From Verrucomicrobiota bacterium (lineage in GTDB: Bacteria > Verrucomicrobiota > Verrucomicrobiia > Limisphaerales > AAA164-E04): a DNA stretch of 64,000 nt. This document shows, in pieces, positions 42,070 through 50,957 of the stretch (positions are counted from its first letter, which is position 1; the number at the start of each line of letters is the position of its first letter). The position numbers and the translations under genes are program-made. Location of the stretch: contig CP170459.1 of NCBI GenBank assembly GCA_047947115.1, positions 4,000,001 through 4,064,000 of the forward strand, given 5' to 3'. The notes beneath the pieces were generated by a model that searched no databases, was not told the DNA's origin, and worked only from the letters and a program-made list of their open reading frames with translations.

Positions 42070-43431
42070 ATGAGTGTTGAGCGGGAAGTCAGCCGTAAGG
42101 CTTTGGAAATATACGATCGTGACCTGAGGCCATTGGCTGAAAAGTTGGCCTTTGAACTGCCTGTTCGAGCCAAGGAGCCGCCGGGCTTGCCGAATGTCCT
42201 TTTTCTTGGAAATCATTCCTCTGGAAAATCATCATTCATCAATCACCTGCTCGAAACGGATGTGCAGAAAACAGGCCTGGCTCCGACCGATGACGGTTTC
42301 ACCATCCTGTGTCACGGCGAGCAGAAAGACACCTTTGACGGGCAAACGGTCACCACCCACCCGTCACTTCCCCTCCGAAATCTAAACCGGCTTGGCCCTG
42401 CTTTTATATCCAGACTCAAGCTCAAAACCCTCCCCAACCCCCTGCTCAAATCATTTGCCTTGATTGATAGTCCGGGAATGATTGATGCGATCGGCGCTGC
42501 GAATACGCGTGAGTATGACTTTGCTTCCGGGGTTCGATTCTTTGCCGAAAAGGCGGATTTGATCCTGTTCTTCTTCGATCCGGACAAACCCGGAACGACG
42601 GCGGAAACGATCAGCATCCTGACCCAGACCCTGGCGGGTTTGGAGTACAAACTTTTGATCATCCTGAACAAGGTCGACCTGTTTCAAAATATCCGCGACT
42701 TTGCGCGCACCTACGGGACCTTGAGCTGGAACCTGTCGAAGGCGATTCGCACCAAGGATATCCCCCACATTTTCAACATATACCTGCCCGAACACAGGAA
42801 ATCGGTCAGTGAACATGGCATATCCAGCATTCCCTTGCAGGACTTTGATGCATCACGTTCCGAGGTGCTTGAGGAAATTCGTCGCACGCCGACACGCCGG
42901 GCAGACAACGTGGTCAGCGATTTGATCCATGCCGGCCGGCGTTTGGTGATGCATGCCAAATTGTGCAACACCATCAGTCTGGACTACCGTAAAATACAGA
43001 TGAAGTGGATGGGTATATCAACGGCGGTCCTAGCGGCCGGCATTGTCTCAACATGGGGGGCGATGCAGATCTGGCCGGGATGGGAAATCGCTTCAAGTGT
43101 TGCCACGGTTTTCCTGTTGGCAACGGCTGGTTGTTGGTTCTGGGGGCGATGGCTATTGAAGCAATTCGTTGGAAAATTGCATGAGTATGCGACATTGGAC
43201 CAGATGTTTGCGGACACCTTCCGCAACGAATTGGCGCTTCAGGATCGGACCGATTTGAATGCCATGTGGTCCGGATTAAAAGAAACGGCACGCAAAACAT
43301 TCAGCGTACTTTCGCCAAGGGATGTTCCCAATTTCTTTTCCATGAGCCGATCCATTCGCAAACTGGAGCATTTGATGGAAGATGATATTCCGAAACTGAG
43401 ACGGTCCATCAATCAGGGAACGGAGGATTAA
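42070..43431 (+). CDS. Dynamin-superfamily (EHD/sarcalumenin-like) NTPase with C-terminal TM hairpin
   Basis: G1 GNHSSGKSS, G2 APTDDGF, G3 DSPG, G4 NKVD, FFDPDKPGT; two hydrophobic segments near the C-terminus. Confidence 0.8.
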   Translation: MSVEREVSRKALEIYDRDLRPLAEKLAFELPVRAKEPPGLPNVLFLGNHSSGKSSFINHLLETDVQKTGLAPTDDGFTILCHGEQKDTFDGQTVTTHPSLPLRNLNRLGPAFISRLKLKTLPNPLLKSFALIDSPGMIDAIGAANTREYDFASGVRFFAEKADLILFFFDPDKPGTTAETISILTQTLAGLEYKLLIILNKVDLFQNIRDFARTYGTLSWNLSKAIRTKDIPHIFNIYLPEHRKSVSEHGISSIPLQDFDASRSEVLEEIRRTPTRRADNVVSDLIHAGRRLVMHAKLCNTISLDYRKIQMKWMGISTAVLAAGIVSTWGAMQIWPGWEIASSVATVFLLATAGCWFWGRWLLKQFVGKLHEYATLDQMFADTFRNELALQDRTDLNAMWSGLKETARKTFSVLSPRDVPNFFSMSRSIRKLEHLMEDDIPKLRRSINQGTED

Positions 43432-44234
43432 CCTGCAAAAAACTGCGGGAAACGCTGCATCAGAGAACCGGCGATCATCACCAAAGCCACCAGTGCCACG
43501 ATGGAAAGCACAATCCACAACCAGAAACCTGGGGGTAAACTTACAGGGGCGCCGTAGTGGCCAACTTCCTTGTGGCGGTATAATCTCAACCCGAGGTAGA
43601 GGATGATCAGAGAACTGAAGACCAACATCGGAAAACTGAATTGTCCATTGGCTTCATGCCACCACCATTCCTCTGCCAGCACACCAGCATACAGGATTCC
43701 CATGGTGCATACCAGGCTCCAGAACCAGCTCGTGAAAAGAATAAACCGACGTCTCACGACACTGGATACCACAAAGGAAATGCAAAACACATTGAAAGGC
43801 ATGGCCATCACCAGTCCATAGAGCAATCCGGGTTTCAGCACAGGAGCCGGTTCCATTAAACCGGCGTCCAGAAAAAAACGTTTCAAGGTGGCCTGCCAAT
43901 CCAGGCCCAGGACCATGAAATCCAGTCCGACAAACATCAACAAAGTCGATCCCGACACAGCCAAGCGTGCAAGGTAACGATCGGAACGGGTCGCGGGCAA
44001 TGAAAAGGTGAACTCCTCGCAATCATCCACAGCATCCGATCCACCATAAGCGGGACCGGCAACCAACGCGTAAAGGAAAGAAATGACCATGACCCAACCC
44101 GGGTGGGTAAACAGCGGGATCACCCATGCAGCGCCCAGCCAAAGTACAAGAAAGACGAGCAGCAAGCGACTGTGAGCAAACCATTCAGCCCACAACAGCC
44201 CGTAGAAAAAGGAGAATCTGCGCTGAACCGTCAT
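43428..44234 (-). CDS. ABC-2-type permease-like membrane protein
   Basis: About 7 TM helices, E..FSLPATRSDRYLAR motif; in the operon with the ABC ATPase. Confidence 0.7.
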   Translation of the reverse strand: MTVQRRFSFFYGLLWAEWFAHSRLLLVFLVLWLGAAWVIPLFTHPGWVMVISFLYALVAGPAYGGSDAVDDCEEFTFSLPATRSDRYLARLAVSGSTLLMFVGLDFMVLGLDWQATLKRFFLDAGLMEPAPVLKPGLLYGLVMAMPFNVFCISFVVSSVVRRRFILFTSWFWSLVCTMGILYAGVLAEEWWWHEANGQFSFPMLVFSSLIILYLGLRLYRHKEVGHYGAPVSLPPGFWLWIVLSIVALVALVMIAGSLMQRFPQFFAG

Positions 44235-45106
44235 GGAATTTCGGGAAGATTATTGGTCGACAAAGGATCATCCATGAACAAGGCCCAGGGAAATTCAGGA
44301 GTAAAAGCAACCCGTGAAGCTGAGACATTATCTGAGTCAGATTCTGCTGGAGGGGCAAACCCAGGACTTTCCGGGCCGGCCATGGAGGCTGCGGGGGCCG
44401 CATCAAAGGAGGCGGTTTCTTGTTCAGGACGCGACCAGAAAACTTCACGGCGGACAACCGCTCCATCCAGTTGTGCTCGGAGCACCAGTCCCTCGTAATC
44501 CAACATGGAAGGGAATTCGGGATCAGGGCGTCCGATGCCATGCAACTGACAGGCCGCCAATCCTGCATGAGGCCCGGATTTCACGATGCGATTCCAAGCC
44601 CAGTCATCCCAGGGTAACGGATAAAGATAAGAATACGTATTGGTCGCTTCCAGCCCCGTCATATTCGGCTGAACAAGGTTCCCCCAGTTCCCTTTTGGAT
44701 CCTCAAGGCATTTCAACACCTTGGGACTTCCCAGATAACGTGCCGCCAGCAATTGATCCCAGGTGTGGGGACGGCGTCCGTAATCATCCTGGTAAGTGGT
44801 GAAAGCAATGGCGATCTGCCGTAAATTGGAAATGGATCCCACGATACGAGATTTCTTTTTTGCAGTGGAAAGAGCACTCATTAAAAGCGTGGCCAGAATT
44901 CCGATGATGGCCAGAACCGTGAGCAATTCGACCAATGTGAAGCCCGTGCGCTGCTTCAATCTCCTGGGTGGTCGGTTCCGGTTTCTTCCCATGGTGCCAA
45001 GTGGTTTTGTGGATTTGCACGCACGTGGCCGTTCCCCAAGTTGAGTAGCGATCTTGGGGGAACGGCCGTTTGGCGTCGTGCGGTTATTTTGACAGAATAG
45101 ATTCAA
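44231..45106 (-). CDS. Prepilin-type (GspG-like) protein
   Basis: RTGFTLVELLTVLAIIGILA, ISNLRQI, LKCLED, late LDG; start may be 44992. Confidence 0.8.
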   Translation of the reverse strand: MNLFCQNNRTTPNGRSPKIATQLGERPRACKSTKPLGTMGRNRNRPPRRLKQRTGFTLVELLTVLAIIGILATLLMSALSTAKKKSRIVGSISNLRQIAIAFTTYQDDYGRRPHTWDQLLAARYLGSPKVLKCLEDPKGNWGNLVQPNMTGLEATNTYSYLYPLPWDDWAWNRIVKSGPHAGLAACQLHGIGRPDPEFPSMLDYEGLVLRAQLDGAVVRREVFWSRPEQETASFDAAPAASMAGPESPGFAPPAESDSDNVSASRVAFTPEFPWALFMDDPLSTNNLPEIP

Positions 45107-45118
45107 ATCATCGTTTTC

Positions 45119-48100
45119 TTATTCGGGCAACGGTGTCGGAACAGGTGTCGGATCAGTTGGCAGGGAGCCCATCCAGCCCCGCAACATATCCACCAGTTCC
45201 ATCATGGACTCAGGAGGCCTTCCGAACTCAAAAGTCACCTTGTATTCCTTATCGCCCTGAGTGATGGATACCCACTCTGCTCCACCGTCGGCACAATCCG
45301 GACAACCAATGACTTCTTTGTAACTTTCTATCTCAGAAGTCTCGGCCAACTGCAGCAGATGTTCCCACTCATCCTGACTGATTTCCATGGATTCCTTGAT
45401 GGGCGGGTATTCATCCTGTCTGCTGCTTGCCGACAGGATGATGGTTTGATTTTCCGCGCTCAATTCCCTGGTGCAATATCCGAAACAAAAACCGAAACTG
45501 CTTCCATATCCGATACGAGTCACATCGCTGGGCTCTACAACAACGCCGTAACGATCAAGTGTTTTCAGCAGAGCATCACGCAAGGTGGACACTTCATCCT
45601 GCCAGGCAGGTATTCGGAAGGTTTGCCCTACCGCGTTGATCTCAATCCATTCGGTGCCGGGACAATCCAGGCAAATGGCCAATTCCTGCGCAGCCAGTGT
45701 CTGCACGACGCGCCAATCAACCAGGCCGGTCACGGATTCCCACTCCCCCTTGGTCGTTCGTTCGGAATGGTTCCGGGGACGTACTTGCCCTTTTGGATCG
45801 CTCAGATACCAATTGATATTGCGCACATTCATGTTCAGCTCTCGTCGACACAAACCTTCACAATCCTCTTCCACACGCACATAACGAATGGAATTCACGG
45901 TGGGTTCCGGAGCTTCATATTGATTTCTCATCTTACGCATCAAATCGATCAGAGGCTGGATGGATTCTATTTCGGCCCCAAATTCAAAGGTGACACGATG
46001 CTTCCTTCCGGAAACAGCCACTTCTATCCACTCGGCACCCCCGTCGGCACAGTCGGGACAACCCATGGTTTCAGGAAGTTGAGAAAAAGTATCCCAATCG
46101 ACGGCCTTCAACAGATCATTCCATCCTGTCCCTCCGTAGGTGTATTGTCTGTAAGGAGGATAGGACCCATCTCTTGCAACAGCCACGAAGGCGGTGCGGT
46201 TGGGTTCCACATAAATGGAATTGTCACAATACCCCAGGCACTCACCAAATGTGGACCCTCCGGCCACTCTGACAACGGGGGCCTGGATTTCATGAGGAGA
46301 AAGTCTGTCGGCCCCATAATCAAAGGCGGGGATCCAAAGATGGTTTTCATCGTCTATCAGCGTTCCGGGCAGGTTGAATCCATAACAACCAAAGGGCTGA
46401 TACAAACTCGTCAATGCCATGGACCCGTCGCTGGACAGATCAAACTTCCAGACGTCCTGACCTTGTCGCAACAGCAGTGAATCACTTGTCAGATGAAATT
46501 CATAGGCGGCAAATGGAAGTGACCAGACATCCCCAACCTGTTCGAACTTTCCGGATTGGTTCACCATCCAGTTGCTGATGGTGTAAAGCTCAGGGATGGG
46601 ATTTGCCTGGCTGGTTGATTGATCCAAACGCACCTGACCTGCAATCACCAGCCCATCACCTGTCACCGTAGCAATGTGTGGCCACTGGTCCGAAAATGGA
46701 ATCGAATCGACCAGATGAGCCCCGACACCATCGTAGGCCAGGGCGTCCAACCATTCACGATGGTCGGTTGCCAATGTTTCCGAATCATAGTGAACACCCT
46801 GGGTAATCAGGACACTGCCGTCATGAGAGATGCCCTGAAGGGTTCCAGAAAGACTGATGGCTGGTCTCGGTGTTGGATGAACCGGATCCACATAATCAAT
46901 CACAGACAAGAAATACTTCTGAACCCAGCGATTCACCGGCACTGGATTGGTATTGTTGTCTGGCAACAATTCTTCGTATTCGTTTTTCTGGTAACTGACG
47001 TAGATTTTGCCCCCGGCAGAAAATGCGTCGGAAAAATTCCAGACTTCGTCGACATCCAGATCGAAGAACGACAGAAACTTGACTTCTGCAGCGGTATCAA
47101 ATGCGATGAACTTGGCTCCGGATGACATGGGCCAGGGAGCGATGTCGGCGATCAATGCATCCTCAATAAAAGGCCCACCCCATCTCCAGAACCAATATTC
47201 CTGTGAGGACTGCCAGACGAGCGTGTGGCTATTGATCCATAAAGGATTCATATCTGTTCCCACGACAGGTTCCTCCAATTCCACTGTTTCCTCGCTCAAA
47301 ATGTTCATTTCAGGCAATTGACTCAAATCTACAGCTTTGGTGGTAAATGTGTATACCATCGAAGCAATATCCTCTTTTTCCGCAACCGGCACAGGAATCC
47401 CCTGATTGGATGATTGTGCCAAATAAAGGACGTCCCCTTGTATGACCGATCCCACCACGGGTTGATCACCTAAATTCAGGGTGCTCAGTATTTGGAAATC
47501 GGAATCGGTTTTTCCTACGCGCAGGGCGGATTTTGTAGCGTTCCAAGCCGATGAATCAGCCAATTGAAGCACATAATCCCCATGAGCAAACACGTGATCC
47601 ACACGCCAGGAAAGCACCAACTCTGAAAGCAGATCCAAGTTATCACGATCACCGGCATCCACTGACAATAAACTTTTGCCAGAAAGAGACAGGATGACAT
47701 CATCTTTCAGAGTTGAGCGTCTGGGGGCGACCTCGTGCTGGATGATACCGCGTTTGTTCAGCTCGTCTCCGTCCAACTCAATGAGCTGAACTCCCGTAGT
47801 TGATTGGCTCTCTTCATACGATTGAAAAGGAACCATAATCAAGCCGGCATCCGGTATCCAGCCAAACGCCTTTTCATCCGAATTCGCTTCACTCCAGCTG
47901 TGGTTGGTTCCAATGGGGACGCGGCTCAACAGGCCGGGATTGGCCGGATCCGCGACATCAAACAAGGAGACCGCCACACGCCATCCATCGACGTTGTCGA
48001 TACCGATGCTGAGCAATCGATCGCCCAAAGGCTGAATGTAGGTCGACCAACCTGGAACTTCCAGTTCACCGGCAATAGTCGGATTGCGAGGGTCGGACAA

Positions 48101-49471
48101 GTCGACCACCCAAAGTGGGTCTATTTGGAAAAATGTCACGATGTAAGCTTTGTCGCCATCAAAGCGAGTGGCATGTAGACGTTCGTTTTTGCCCAAGGTG
48201 ACCGAACCCAATTTCTCTGGTTTCTCAGGATTGGTGAGATCAAATGTTTCCAATTCGGTCACAACCGGACGCCCCTGCAATTCGCTGATCACCCTCAGGA
48301 CATCATTGTTCACATCGATCTTGAACTTGTCGATAATGCGCCCGGCTGGACGAATCACGCTGAGTTCCCTCATAGCGCCGTCGGGCTGGCTGATATCAAT
48401 GATATTCAACGTCGAATTCCAACGCTCCGTGCTTCCATATCCGTTAGTGGATACAAATAATAAGTCCGAAGTTGCCTGTATCACATTTTGAAACCCTGGA
48501 ACCCAGAAATTATCTTTTTCCACGGGCGCCATCGGATCGGAGAGGTCAAAAGACGTCACTTGTGATCCATATTCCCATATGGTTTCAGGTCCATTCTTTC
48601 CAGTCACAATTTGGTTGCGGTAAATTTGAGAGGTCACATAAAGCGCGCTCCCCACCAACCGGCTTTCCTGAATGCTTCCATCCAATGGAAGGTCGCTGAT
48701 TTCAACGGGTGTTTCCCCTGTCACATCAACGATCACGAGTCGGCTTTCGGCTCCGTTTCCCCAGTAGGAACAACTGTTGCGGGCCAGCAGGACGGCGTAT
48801 GCGGAGTCCAGCAGATACATTTGTTCACCCGCAGCAGGCAACTCCATTTCCCCCATGAGTCGGGGTTTTTTGGCATCGCTGATATCAATTACCTGTAATC
48901 CGCGATATTGATTGAAGAAATACATGCGATCACCATCGATGCGCCAGATGTCGGATTCGACCACCTCGCGAGCACCGCCTCCATCACCCAACAAATCGTC
49001 TTGCGATTTTTCGGGTGCAGCCACGGGCGCATCAAAATCAACCTGACCATTTTCCGAACCTTCCGGGCCGGCAAAGTCCGAGGCCCCCAGGAAGGCGCTG
49101 GGTTCGAGAGGGGTCTCCCTCTCTGCGCGCAAACGAAGCAACTCGATTTCCTGGGACAAACTCAAATGAAACAAATATTCCCCTTCCTTTCCTTCCGGAT
49201 AAATCACGGCCCGAGGTATCCAGGCCCCCTCGCCCACGCGGGCACGTCCTTCGAGATAAACCTGCTTGAACCCTGCCGGCACATATGCCCGCACGGTAAG
49301 GGCATCCTTCTCCATCTGGGTATCAAGGATTCTTGGTTGATCCTGCAAAGCATTTTGCGCCAAAACAGAGTGGCACGCCAACAACCAAAGCCCGCACAAA
49401 AGTGCAGGTATGGCTCGAAACTGTTCCCCAAACAGTAGTTGACTCGTAGTCTTATACATGGTCCGTTTCAT
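45119..49471 (-). CDS. Large secreted beta-propeller domain protein with three C-terminal Cys-rich repeats
   Basis: VVESDIW, NQYRGLQVID, ESRLVG, ERLHATRF...AYIVTF..IDPLWVVDLSDP, GELEVPGWSTYI, VSLFDV (Beta_propel-type motifs). Start placed at ATG 49471 after GGAGGT. Confidence 0.8.
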   Translation of the reverse strand: MKRTMYKTTSQLLFGEQFRAIPALLCGLWLLACHSVLAQNALQDQPRILDTQMEKDALTVRAYVPAGFKQVYLEGRARVGEGAWIPRAVIYPEGKEGEYLFHLSLSQEIELLRLRAERETPLEPSAFLGASDFAGPEGSENGQVDFDAPVAAPEKSQDDLLGDGGGAREVVESDIWRIDGDRMYFFNQYRGLQVIDISDAKKPRLMGEMELPAAGEQMYLLDSAYAVLLARNSCSYWGNGAESRLVIVDVTGETPVEISDLPLDGSIQESRLVGSALYVTSQIYRNQIVTGKNGPETIWEYGSQVTSFDLSDPMAPVEKDNFWVPGFQNVIQATSDLLFVSTNGYGSTERWNSTLNIIDISQPDGAMRELSVIRPAGRIIDKFKIDVNNDVLRVISELQGRPVVTELETFDLTNPEKPEKLGSVTLGKNERLHATRFDGDKAYIVTFFQIDPLWVVDLSDPRNPTIAGELEVPGWSTYIQPLGDRLLSIGIDNVDGWRVAVSLFDVADPANPGLLSRVPIGTNHSWSEANSDEKAFGWIPDAGLIMVPFQSYEESQSTTGVQLIELDGDELNKRGIIQHEVAPRRSTLKDDVILSLSGKSLLSVDAGDRDNLDLLSELVLSWRVDHVFAHGDYVLQLADSSAWNATKSALRVGKTDSDFQILSTLNLGDQPVVGSVIQGDVLYLAQSSNQGIPVPVAEKEDIASMVYTFTTKAVDLSQLPEMNILSEETVELEEPVVGTDMNPLWINSHTLVWQSSQEYWFWRWGGPFIEDALIADIAPWPMSSGAKFIAFDTAAEVKFLSFFDLDVDEVWNFSDAFSAGGKIYVSYQKNEYEELLPDNNTNPVPVNRWVQKYFLSVIDYVDPVHPTPRPAISLSGTLQGISHDGSVLITQGVHYDSETLATDHREWLDALAYDGVGAHLVDSIPFSDQWPHIATVTGDGLVIAGQVRLDQSTSQANPIPELYTISNWMVNQSGKFEQVGDVWSLPFAAYEFHLTSDSLLLRQGQDVWKFDLSSDGSMALTSLYQPFGCYGFNLPGTLIDDENHLWIPAFDYGADRLSPHEIQAPVVRVAGGSTFGECLGYCDNSIYVEPNRTAFVAVARDGSYPPYRQYTYGGTGWNDLLKAVDWDTFSQLPETMGCPDCADGGAEWIEVAVSGRKHRVTFEFGAEIESIQPLIDLMRKMRNQYEAPEPTVNSIRYVRVEEDCEGLCRRELNMNVRNINWYLSDPKGQVRPRNHSERTTKGEWESVTGLVDWRVVQTLAAQELAICLDCPGTEWIEINAVGQTFRIPAWQDEVSTLRDALLKTLDRYGVVVEPSDVTRIGYGSSFGFCFGYCTRELSAENQTIILSASSRQDEYPPIKESMEISQDEWEHLLQLAETSEIESYKEVIGCPDCADGGAEWVSITQGDKEYKVTFEFGRPPESMMELVDMLRGWMGSLPTDPTPVPTPLPE

Positions 49472-50432
49472 AATAACCTCCAAATTTTTCATCCACAGGC
49501 ATCGCCTCTTCCGTTGCATGCGATTGCCAATCTTTATTTTCAAATAGTTCCAAAAAAATTTCTTCCAAACTTAAAGGAAAGGACTGCACCCGAATACCGG
49601 GTTGTTTCTCCATTTCCTGAAGCAGGTGTTCCGACTCCAGTTCGCAGATAGCGGTCATCACGGGACCAATGGATTCCTGTCTGATCATACCTGGTACCTT
49701 GAAATTTCTGGGTGGGGCCTCACCTGGAAAAACCACCTGTACTTTCTTCACCCTTTCCTGCAGCTCATCCAACTGCGCGGTACGGGTCAATCTGCCGCGG
49801 TCCATCATGCCCACCTCCTGGGCTATCCTTGCCAGGTCTCCTATATGGTGCGTACTGATCAACATGGTTGTTTCGGGACGCAGTTGGATCAGGTCGATAA
49901 GCAAATCCAACAGTTCACGACGCGCCACGGAGTCCAATCCGGCAGCCGGCTCGTCCAAAATCAGAACCTGGGGCATGGAATGAATCGCCAGCAGGATAGC
50001 CGATTTGCGCTGTTCCCCTCCGGACATTCTTCCCACAGGGATTTCAGTGTTCAGCCCCCATCGTTTGGACAGAACTTTCAACTTGGAATGATCCCAATCT
50101 TCATAAAATGTCCCGACGTAACGCCCCAGGTCGTCCAGACTCATACGCCCCGGCAATTGCTGGTGTTGTGGCACGTACCCTACTCGAGCACGATGGGTTC
50201 GATCTGCCGACCAAAGACACTTGCCCAAAATCATGGAAGCGCCTTGGTCCGGTTTAAGCAGCCCCATCAACAAGCGGAGTGCGGTAGATTTGCCGGCACC
50301 GTTGCGTCCCACCAAACCAAATACCGTTCCCGGGGAGATCTTTAAATCCAACGAACTGACTGCGACCCGATCCCTGGCAAAGGCCTTGGTCAGGTTTCTG
50401 GCTTCAATGGCAGTCAGTGTGTTCATGTTCAA
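49452..50432 (-). CDS. ABC transporter ATP-binding protein (YtrB/CcmA-like)
   Basis: GRNGAGKST, MSGGE, LILDEP, ISTH. Confidence 0.92.
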   Translation of the reverse strand: MNMNTLTAIEARNLTKAFARDRVAVSSLDLKISPGTVFGLVGRNGAGKSTALRLLMGLLKPDQGASMILGKCLWSADRTHRARVGYVPQHQQLPGRMSLDDLGRYVGTFYEDWDHSKLKVLSKRWGLNTEIPVGRMSGGEQRKSAILLAIHSMPQVLILDEPAAGLDSVARRELLDLLIDLIQLRPETTMLISTHHIGDLARIAQEVGMMDRGRLTRTAQLDELQERVKKVQVVFPGEAPPRNFKVPGMIRQESIGPVMTAICELESEHLLQEMEKQPGIRVQSFPLSLEEIFLELFENKDWQSHATEEAMPVDEKFGGYYETDHV

Positions 50433-50457
50433 ATTCAGTTCCTGACAGACGACTCGG

Positions 50458-50868
50458 TCATTTGCTTAGAAGTGTTTTTTGCTGTCCCAACGCGATCCAC
50501 TCCTCCTCCACCAGATCCTGCACTTCGGCAAGTTCCATACCCAACTGCTGGGATTCCACAACCAACTGTCGGGCAATGCGCCCCACTTGCACTTTGCGTC
50601 CCGGAATTTGCTTCTTGGTGATCCCCATGCTGACGAATGCCCCTTTGCCTTGTTTCATCTCAATGACGCCTGCATTCTGAAGTTCACTGTAGGCCTTCAC
50701 CACCGTTGCGGGATTCACCGCCAACCGGGTCGCGAGTTCCCGTATGGAAGGAAGTTGATCCCCTCTCGTGAGAGTTCCTGAGGCAATGTAGTGCTTGGTC
50801 TGATCCATCAGTTGCCGGTAAACGGGCAATCCCGAATGAGGATCAATCTGGTAGAACAATGGTTTCAT
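50458..50868 (-). CDS. GntR-family regulator, YtrA subfamily
   Basis: IDPHSGLPVYRQL, GDQLPSIRELA, VNPATVVKAYSEL, GKGAFV; short C-terminus. Start ATG 50868. Confidence 0.92.
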   Translation of the reverse strand: MKPLFYQIDPHSGLPVYRQLMDQTKHYIASGTLTRGDQLPSIRELATRLAVNPATVVKAYSELQNAGVIEMKQGKGAFVSMGITKKQIPGRKVQVGRIARQLVVESQQLGMELAEVQDLVEEEWIALGQQKTLLSK

Positions 50869-50886
50869 GGTTACGTTCCTTTTAAT

Positions 50887-50916
50887 TTCGGTGTACCGTA
50901 ACACCAGTACACTGAA
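50887..50916. promoter_or_regulatory. Probable YtrA-type operator
   Basis: Inverted repeat TTC(G)GTGTAC-N10-GTACAC(T)GAA about 20 bp upstream of the GntR start, abutting a minus-strand -10-like TACGAT (50916-50921). Confidence 0.7.
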
Positions 50917-50957
50917 TCGTAAAGCACTTTTTTGAGCTAATTTACAAGTGGTTTGTA

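Noticed and set aside
45359..46480. 373-aa plus-strand ORF
   Set aside because: Antisense shadow of the beta-propeller gene, no motifs
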